Virus record (IMG/VR): IMGVR_UViG_3300018026_000007
Location: 1-64,000 of that record
Origin: a virus
Strand: one strand, 5' to 3'
DNA: 64,000 bases
Position 1 is the stretch's first letter, and every line of letters starts with the position of its first letter. This document shows, piece after piece, positions 38,779 through 46,300 of the stretch. Under the pieces are notes generated by a model that was given only the letters and a program-made list of their open reading frames with translations, was not told where the DNA came from and ran no database searches. The position numbers and the translations under genes are program-made.

Positions 38779-39855
38779 ATGAGCACTAATCCAGTTGTCC
38801 TGAATCCCGTAGTCATGAATGACGAGTTGGCGAAGGCTGTCCACGGCGCGCTTGACCCCGAAGATATCAAAGCCGCGATTCTGGCAGAAGCGGCCAAACA
38901 GACCACTGCGGCCACGCAGACGGCGGCTGATACTGCGGCACAAAAAGCGGCGGCGGACAAAGCGGCTGCCGATGCCGTTGTAGCCACGGAGCCTTTCAAG
39001 CGCGTGGAAGTGATCGGCGGACGAGAGTTTACATTCGAAGCCGAGAGCGAGCTTGAACTGGAGCGCGCGGTCAACAACGCTTATAAAGTTGCCTACGCGG
39101 TTCAGGAGTCTGCGCCAGTGGCTGCAGCGACCCCTGCCGCCCCTGTGGTGCCACAAAAGACTGCAGAAGAAATTGCAGCAGAGCGCGCAGAGTTGGACCT
39201 GAAGTTTAAGCGCGGAGATATCTCAACAAAAGAATATCTTGAGCAGTCTGGAGCCGTGGCGGATTACTTGGCCAGCCAGGGGATTTCAATCGATAGGCTA
39301 AAGTCCACAGTTGACCAAAACGAAAATACGCAGTATAAACAGTCATGGGAACAAGCCACTGACTCATTTTTGAACAGCACTGCGGGCGCAGATTGGCCAG
39401 GCGGCACAAAGAATCTCAAACTGATCGGCAGAATTATTGCGGCTGATCCGAAATTGGCTGAGGCGGAAGACAAAGTCGCCGCGTTGGCGCAAGCCTATAA
39501 TCAAATGAAAGCGGATGGTACGGTTTTTCCGCCCGAAGACCCCACACTTGTGGATGCAACTCAGACGCCCGCTGCACCCCCCACTCCAGTAGTTGTGCCT
39601 GCAACCCCCGCTCCCGTAGTCGCGGCTCCTGCGGCTCCTGCGCCGCGCGTAGCGGCAACATCGTCTTCTCTCTTCGGAGCAAGTTCAGGCGTAAGCGCAA
39701 ATACCGCCGTGCCAGCAGCAACAACCACCAAAGTGGATGTCCCTTCAAATGCAACACCAGAAGAAATTCTCGATGCGTGGAAAAAGGCACAGGTCGCCGC
39801 AGGAAAAAATCCCGACGACGCTTTCAAAGAGACCTTTTCTGCCCGTCGTGCGTAG
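38779..39855 (+). CDS. Capsid scaffolding protein
   Basis: Ala/Pro-rich and acidic, directly upstream of the capsid gene. Confidence 0.65.
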   Translation: MSTNPVVLNPVVMNDELAKAVHGALDPEDIKAAILAEAAKQTTAATQTAADTAAQKAAADKAAADAVVATEPFKRVEVIGGREFTFEAESELELERAVNNAYKVAYAVQESAPVAAATPAAPVVPQKTAEEIAAERAELDLKFKRGDISTKEYLEQSGAVADYLASQGISIDRLKSTVDQNENTQYKQSWEQATDSFLNSTAGADWPGGTKNLKLIGRIIAADPKLAEAEDKVAALAQAYNQMKADGTVFPPEDPTLVDATQTPAAPPTPVVVPATPAPVVAAPAAPAPRVAATSSSLFGASSGVSANTAVPAATTTKVDVPSNATPEEILDAWKKAQVAAGKNPDDAFKETFSARRA

Positions 39856-39935
39856 GCATTCGAGCGTGCTGGCCACACGCTTTTAGGCGCGTACGGGGAG
39901 TGCAAAGACGCTCCCCACGCAGCCCCTTCCAAAGT

Positions 39936-39964
39936 TTTTGACTTTCCTTTCCTATAGTGTAGGG
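39936..39964 (+). promoter_or_regulatory. Late-promoter-like motif GACTTT-CCTTTCC-TATAGTGTAG (one of 11 copies)
   Basis: Other copies start at 1115, 5494, 10354, 18165, 23186, 25387, 31975, 35972, 38732 and 41959, all just upstream of + strand genes. Confidence 0.75.
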
Positions 39965-40011
39965 ACTTGAATTGAGCAGTTAGCCCATACTGGGCACAAG
40001 GAAATACGACC

Positions 40012-41007
40012 ATGATTTTACCGCCTGGCGTGCAGAGTACGACTCTTGCCGCTTTCCCACAGATCGCATACGACCGAACCGCCATTCTTGAGTGGCAGTT
40101 CAACACTCCGTTCCTGGAAGAGCTTTGCGACTTCCGACCTCTGCCGCGTCGGTCTGGTCGGACGCTCCAGTTCTACGGGCAAACTCCGTATGCTGCCGCG
40201 ACCTACGACCTGTCTGAAGGTATCCCAGGGCCGTCACTCCAGTTGAACCAAGTTTTCAGCGATGCATTCGCCGATGAATACGGCGACTGGATCGGCATTT
40301 CGAACGTCGCACAGCAAATGTTCCTTGCGGACATCACGCTGGACGCGAGTCGCAACCTGTCGTATCGGGGTGCTCTGACGAGCAACCTGATCGCGATTAA
40401 CGGCTTCGAAGCCGCTGCGACCGCTCAGGCTTCCGCCCGCATCGACTTGCTCGACAACGAATTCATGCTTTCCAACACGATTCGGAAGTGCGAGTCCCAG
40501 TTGATGGGCAACGCGGTTCCTGGTCGCGATGGTGGGCTCTATACGTCGGCTCAGCACCCGTACGTTGTGTACGACTTCATGTCGGACAACAGCGCGGGCT
40601 CTGCCGTCGATACGCTGAAGCGATCCGAATCGGGTGCGAATGTCCTGAAGTCGGACATGACGCGCGGCTACACCGTCCTGGAATGGGCGGGCGTCCGCAT
40701 CATCCGTACCCAGACCGTGCCGACCTACACCAACTACCCGTCCACGGGCAAGACTGGTTATGCGTCGTACGTTGTGGGCCGCGAAGCCATGATGGCTTCC
40801 GAGTTGCTGGGCCAGCGCGTTCCGCGCAACCCCAGCTTCAAGGTGAACGTCAAGACCTTCGGCGATAACGACATCGACCTCAGCAACCCCATGTTGCAGA
40901 CACGAGCAATCGTGAGCTACGACTGGTTCCTGGGAGTCGTTGCCCGTCCGAATACGAACAACACTCCTGGCTTCCGCCGAGTGCGCTGCGAAGTCAGCGC
41001 GGTGTAG
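40012..41007 (+). CDS. Major capsid protein (N4-gp56-like, HK97 fold)
   Basis: 331 aa; LP...G.T..F, LSEG.P, EYG.W, HP.V.YD, GVRII motifs; position after scaffold. Confidence 0.85.
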   Translation: MILPPGVQSTTLAAFPQIAYDRTAILEWQFNTPFLEELCDFRPLPRRSGRTLQFYGQTPYAAATYDLSEGIPGPSLQLNQVFSDAFADEYGDWIGISNVAQQMFLADITLDASRNLSYRGALTSNLIAINGFEAAATAQASARIDLLDNEFMLSNTIRKCESQLMGNAVPGRDGGLYTSAQHPYVVYDFMSDNSAGSAVDTLKRSESGANVLKSDMTRGYTVLEWAGVRIIRTQTVPTYTNYPSTGKTGYASYVVGREAMMASELLGQRVPRNPSFKVNVKTFGDNDIDLSNPMLQTRAIVSYDWFLGVVARPNTNNTPGFRRVRCEVSAV

Positions 41008-41075
41008 TCGGGACCTGAAACCAAGATCGGTTTTTGCACGACAAATTCGTAGGTGGGTTGAAATCCCCACCCCGA
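41008..41075 (+). ncRNA. Cloverleaf-like structure immediately after the capsid stop codon
   Basis: TCGGG/CCCGA closing stem; arms AAACC/GGTTT, ACGA/TCGT and GTGGG-TTGAAATC-CCCAC. Confidence 0.4.
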
Positions 41076-41105
41076 GATTTTCTTTGAATTGACAGGAGAA
41101 CTACC

Positions 41106-41717
41106 GTGTCTAACGCTTCAACCATTCGTCGGCAAGTCGCAGGAACCCAGCAATTGACTCTCGCGTCGTTGCTCGGCTCGACAATTACCACAACGGAGAC
41201 CGCGTTCAAGCTGAACGATAACGGTCTGACCTTGACTGGCGGGGGCGTCGTGCCTCTGGCTGCAGGGAACACTGGGCTGTACGCGGGCACTGGCCAGGTT
41301 ATTTGGATTCACGCTGCGGGTACGATTACGGGCGGAACCGCCAGTTCTACCTCGCTGATTCTCAAACTGTACGAAGTTCCTGCGTCTTTGCTGCCCATCG
41401 CCGATACGCTGGCTGGTCAGCAAACCTTCACAAGCTGGAACCTGATTGCCACGTCGGCGCCGGGAGTCCTCAGTTCGGGTGTCACCGCTGGAAACTTCTC
41501 CGTGGACGCTTATGTCCAATTGGACTCGCAGTACAATCTCGACGGTTGGTTCGAATCGCAGGTATTTGCGTCTACGACTGGCGCAAAGACCGCCATCACT
41601 GCAGTCAAGGGTCTGGTCGGCGAAGCGGATTTGAACTTTGCTCTGACCACCACCTTGGGCGGAACCGAAGCGGGCGTTACCGTCAACCTGAACGAATTCG
41701 AACTCTCGCTCGTGTAG
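41106..41717 (+). CDS. Putative capsid-associated/decoration protein
   Basis: AGGAG RBS; beta-rich; follows MCP before a terminator. Confidence 0.55.
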   Translation: MSNASTIRRQVAGTQQLTLASLLGSTITTTETAFKLNDNGLTLTGGGVVPLAAGNTGLYAGTGQVIWIHAAGTITGGTASSTSLILKLYEVPASLLPIADTLAGQQTFTSWNLIATSAPGVLSSGVTAGNFSVDAYVQLDSQYNLDGWFESQVFASTTGAKTAITAVKGLVGEADLNFALTTTLGGTEAGVTVNLNEFELSLV

Positions 41718-41749
41718 TCCTGAGCGAGCAACAATTTCTTGACACCTCC

Positions 41750-41788
41750 ACCCCTCAGCACCAGTATGGCACTGAGGGGTTTTCTTTT
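41750..41788 (+). terminator. Intrinsic terminator
   Basis: ACCCTCAG...CTGAGGGGT stem followed by TTTTCTTTT. Confidence 0.75.
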
Positions 41789-41989
41789 ATGCTGCCGCTT
41801 GATGATGTCGCGTACGATTCCATCTCAATAGAAGAATGGAAAATGAACACGATGTTTGACAGTTTTCTGGACTTTCGTCCCCTGCCGCGCCGATACAAAA
41901 GCATCTGGCGCGTGCTGCATGTGGATGGTTTCGAAGCTGGAAAACCCGTCATGTTCAAGACTTTTTCTTCCATAAGTGAACCTGAATGA
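41789..41989 (+). CDS. 66-aa paralog of the major capsid N-terminal segment
   Basis: VAYDSISIEEWKMNTMFDSFLDFRPLPRR vs MCP IAYDRTAILEWQFNTPFLEELCDFRPLPRR. Confidence 0.7.
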   Translation: MLPLDDVAYDSISIEEWKMNTMFDSFLDFRPLPRRYKSIWRVLHVDGFEAGKPVMFKTFSSISEPE

Positions 41990-41994
41990 ACAGG

Positions 41995-42071
41995 TGCGGA
42001 GTGGAGCAGTCAGGTAGCTCGTCTGCCTCATAAGCAGAAGGTCGCAGGTTCAAATCCTGCCTCCGCAACCA
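41995..42071 (+). tRNA. tRNA-Met(CAT), initiator-type body
   Basis: Cloverleaf TGCGGAG/CTCCGCA, GGAGCAG..GGTAGCTCG D-arm, loop CTCATAA, TTCAAAT, encoded ACCA. Confidence 0.93.
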
Positions 42072-42073
42072 AA

Positions 42074-42149
42074 GCACGAGTAGCTCAGACGGCAGAGCGG
42101 CTGTTTTGTAAACAGCGGGTCGGTGGTTCGATTCCATCCTCGTGCTCCA
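42074..42149 (+). tRNA. tRNA-Thr(TGT)
   Basis: GCACGAG/CTCGTGC, GCTGT-TTTGTAA-ACAGC, TTCGATT, encoded CCA. Confidence 0.93.
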
Positions 42150-42167
42150 AATTTGTGATAGGATAGA

Positions 42168-42785
42168 ATGATGTTCAACATGGACCCATCTCGGACAAAA
42201 ATCGGCTACCTAGTTCGCCATGGTGAGTTGAAGAACATGCGGATTTGGGATGGCTGGGGTGACTTTGATTTGTCCGAAGAAGGCAAACGCCAAGCCGAGA
42301 AGGCTGCGCAGTGGCTTTCATTCGAACATTTCGGTCGCGTGGTTTCATCCGATGTGCCGCGCACGATGCACACCGCGCAATATTTGATGGACTCTGGCTC
42401 GGTTGACTGCCAGTACATGGTGTGCGACCCGAACCTGCGACCATGGAACGTGTCGGATTTTACGGGCAAGGAAAAAACGCCCGAGCGGATCGCTGAATTC
42501 AAGAAGTACATTGATGACCCAACGCTGCCGATCCCTGGCGGCGAGAGTCGCAATCAACTCAAGGATCGCGTGCAAGTCCTGTGGCAGTACTTCATGGCTC
42601 CGTACAAGGGTCTTCCGACCGTGGGATTCATTCACAACTCGGTGCTGAAATCGTTGATGGGAATCGATGACGTGCGAGATGCCGTGTCGCCAGGCGGGAT
42701 CGTCGCCGTTTATATGACCGAAAAGGGCGAGATTGAATTTCAAATCGTAATGGGCGAAGTCAATTTTGAAAAGGGAGTTTCGTAA
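42168..42785 (+). CDS. Histidine phosphatase (phosphoglycerate-mutase family)
   Basis: YLVRHGE, LSEEG..QA, SSD..R...TA, PGGES and H motifs. Confidence 0.9.
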   Translation: MMFNMDPSRTKIGYLVRHGELKNMRIWDGWGDFDLSEEGKRQAEKAAQWLSFEHFGRVVSSDVPRTMHTAQYLMDSGSVDCQYMVCDPNLRPWNVSDFTGKEKTPERIAEFKKYIDDPTLPIPGGESRNQLKDRVQVLWQYFMAPYKGLPTVGFIHNSVLKSLMGIDDVRDAVSPGGIVAVYMTEKGEIEFQIVMGEVNFEKGVS

Positions 42786-43366
42786 TGGCATCCCCAACCC
42801 CGCCGCTTACTGACCTCGCCGCGCCGATTCTCGCGGGCGATCCCATTCTGTCCGACGAGAACCGTGCCGACCTGTGGGACACGTTCCACAGTTCCAAAAG
42901 TCCCGAAGAACTTATTCAGCACCTGCAGCCATTGGTAATCCCCGACGATACCAAGAAGCGGCTGTACGACGCCAAAAGGCAATCGATGCCCGTGGTCGGA
43001 CCGATAGACAAAGTCACAACCGCCATGCAGCAACTGGCTCAGATAGACCCCAAAATACTGGATGTCGCGGAAGCGCATCCGAATGTCCTGAAGGCACTCA
43101 CCAGCGCGGCTACGACCCCCGAAAAAGGGGCTACAGCGACTTCTGGCGCATCGACACCTGCGGGGAAGGGAAAGACACCAGCCGCTGGCTCTGCGCCCGC
43201 CCCTGTCGCCCTACCGCCAAGACCCGATGGTTTAGAGCACATGCCGCCGATTCCTGAAGGTCATAAGCGCGTCCAAGCCAGCGATGGTGGGATTCATGAC
43301 ATCCCCGAAGAGAACTTGCCCAAGGCATTTGAACTGGACCCCCGACTGCATGTAATGAATCCATAG
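42785..43366 (+). CDS. Hypothetical protein
   Basis: TAATG-coupled ORF preceding the giant protein. Confidence 0.65.
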   Translation: MASPTPPLTDLAAPILAGDPILSDENRADLWDTFHSSKSPEELIQHLQPLVIPDDTKKRLYDAKRQSMPVVGPIDKVTTAMQQLAQIDPKILDVAEAHPNVLKALTSAATTPEKGATATSGASTPAGKGKTPAAGSAPAPVALPPRPDGLEHMPPIPEGHKRVQASDGGIHDIPEENLPKAFELDPRLHVMNP

Positions 43367-43375
43367 GGAGCCTTT

Positions 43376-46300
43376 GTGGCCGACGATCAAACACCGACTC
43401 AGACACCTGCTGCGCCGCCCGCCGAACCTGCCGAAGGGGTTCTTCATTCCCTCGCAACTTCGGTTGGTATTGATCCCGAAGCGGTCAAGAGTGCCTGGCG
43501 CACGATTAAGGCGGACCCTGTCCAAGCGGCCAAGGAAATCGGCGGGGCGCAGGTCGATGAGTTTGTCGAAGCCGCCAAACATCCCGTGGGCGCAGCTATG
43601 CTCGCGCTTCATGGTGTTGTAAACTCCATTACTAACCCCGAAGCCCAGGCGCAAGCCAAAGCGCGACTGCACTCGCCAGGCATCATGAATAAGCTGATCG
43701 GGGCTCAAGAGTACCTGACCAGCGGAATTCCGTTTGTTGGTGGTGGGTATGCGAAAGCCGAAGAGCAGGGCGCGCGCGGCAATCTCCCTGGCGCGATAGG
43801 TACAATCGTCGGTACTACGGCTCCGATTTTGGCAGGCGAAGCCGCACGAGTACCAGAAGCCATTCATGAAGCTGGGGCAGAAGCCCGTGCAAGCATGGCC
43901 GCTCGGCATGAAGCGCGCATCGCCGAAGCCAAGACGGGTGACGTTATCACTGTCCGCCCAGACGAACAAACTCTGCCGCCAGCCCCTGCAGAAGCCGCGC
44001 CAGAAGCTAAAGCGGCTGCAGCACCAGAAGCTAAAGTTGCCCCCGAAGGTGGAGTGGTTCCCACTCACATTGATTTCAGCAAGATCGGCGGCATCGAGCG
44101 TCGGGGCCCGACTACCTTTGGTCGCGGTCAGGGCTCGTTTCCCGACACAGTCAACACGACATTTCAAATCATGCGCGAACTCGAAACGCCGACTGGCACC
44201 GCGCCCGAGGCACCTGAGATTCGCACCGAAGGTCCTACGTGGGATCGCATGCATAGCGCGTACGTGGGTGATGAAAAAGTCGGCTCGGTCGGGTATAAAC
44301 TCGATCCCGAAGGCGAAGCCAAGATTTATGGCTCCCAAGTGAAGCCCGAGCTTCGCGGCAAGGGCATCGGCCAGAAGCTCTATCGGTCAGCGATTGAAGA
44401 AGCGCGCAACGCGGGCGCGACTCGCATCATGAGCGATCCGACCCATCTATCGCCCGACGCGGCGCGCGTGTGGGAGCGGCTACAAGGTCGCGGTCTGCCT
44501 GTCGAAAGCATTACACACCCCACGGGCGAGCCAGGGTATCAGATTGATTTCGAGAAACAAGCAGAACCGCCAGCCGCGACGCCCGAGCCTCAGTTCGAGC
44601 AAACTCTTGCCCGTCGTGGTCAACTGCCGAACCAAAAAGTGAATCTGAGCGACGCATATGGTGCCACTGGCAAGTATGTCGGCGGACTGGTGGATTATCG
44701 ACCTCCCGCAGACATGCCTGCCGCCAGCCCGCTGGAAGCAGCGAACAAACTGCATGGCGTGACACACGGTCCAGAACTGTTGCCGATTCCCGAGCATCTA
44801 ATGACGCCTGGCGGAACATCGCATGATACCATCACTCACGAACTGGCGCATGGCGTGGTTGCCGACTTAGTAGGGCTACCCACGGAAGGCGCAGAAGTTT
44901 ACAGTCATTTGCATCCCGTGGCGACGGCGCGGGGGTCCGCCGCGACTATCGACCTCCCGTACCATAAGATTCCAGGCACTAGACAGGATTTTCTCAGCGG
45001 TGATGTGCATTTTCCGCGCCCCGTCCTGGAAGCAACCTGGCCGAAGTTCATTCCGACATATTTGGCTGGTGGCGTGGCGCAAGAACTTGTCCACGGCATT
45101 CCCTTCGAAAAGAATGAGGGAATGTATGGGGACTTGGAAGGGCTGCACCATATTGGCAAGATGATGGGCTTCACGCGCGCCGAAACGCAGGACATGATTA
45201 ACGCAGGCATTCAGCAGACGCGCGACCTATTGAACCATCCCGAGACTCTTGAGATACTCAGGAAATCGGCGGGCGAGCGCGAAGAAGGTCTGCCGAGAAC
45301 GCTGCATGCCAGCGCGGATAAAGTTCAAGATGTTATTCGACAAGTAAGGGAGGCACGACATGAACCAATCATTACTGAAGCTGGGGCTGAACATGGCGCA
45401 GTCCCTGCGGAAGCTGAACCCCGAGCAGCAGGAGCAGGCGCGGAAAAAGATGTACGAGAAGACTACGGGCAAGGAATATCGCCCCGCGCAGAAGCAAGAA
45501 AAGTAGGTGCGGAATACCATCCCGACCTGCAAAAATTGGCAGATCAATTTGGCGTCGATTCCGATGCCGAGAAAATACGAAACGGCGCGTCATTCATCGC
45601 ACCAGACGGAAAGTTCATTCATTTAAGTGGTGGGGCAACACATGACGCAGCGATTGATTGGGCGACGGGGCGGGGAGTCACCAAAGAAGCTCCCGATAAT
45701 CGAGTGGCGTTTTTGCGCGATACGGGTGCAGTTCGCACTCGCTTCACAACTGGCAAAGCAGGCAACCAACTTGCCGTTTCTGTTCCGAAGGCTGGTATTA
45801 CGCCCGAGCAAGTGAATGCTCTCAAACAGGCGGTCGGTCAAGGGCTAGGCCGAAACGGAAATCTCACGATGGAAATCGGAGAGCCAAGCGGAGCGGCGGC
45901 GGGGCCTAAAGAATTTGCCACTCCAAAAGATGTCGAGCCAATGTTGAAACAGATTGGCGCACATCCCGAACAAGCCGTTACCCCGAAGCTAGATGCTCGC
46001 AAGCGCGCCGCCATTCAGAATAACGTCACGCCGATTGAACATACCACAGCAAACGACCTGATGTTCGAGCAGGGGAAGAAAGATTGGGCGGCCCGCGCGG
46101 CAGAGTCTGTCAAGACGGGCGGCTTCACGATTCATCCAGAGACTGGTCATATTCCTGAAGAGGGGCATGTGATTGAAGTGGCACCTGAGCAGCGCAAAGC
46201 GTTGCCAGCCACCCCAACCAAGGAAGACATCGAACAGTTTCATGCAGAGCGCAAGCCGCTGTTCCAACAGCATCCCGAGTTGCATGTGGGCGGCTACGGG

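Noticed and set aside
40061-41900. Diversity-generating retroelement TR/VR pair for the capsid duplicate
   Set aside because: No reverse transcriptase, and the differences are not adenine-specific.
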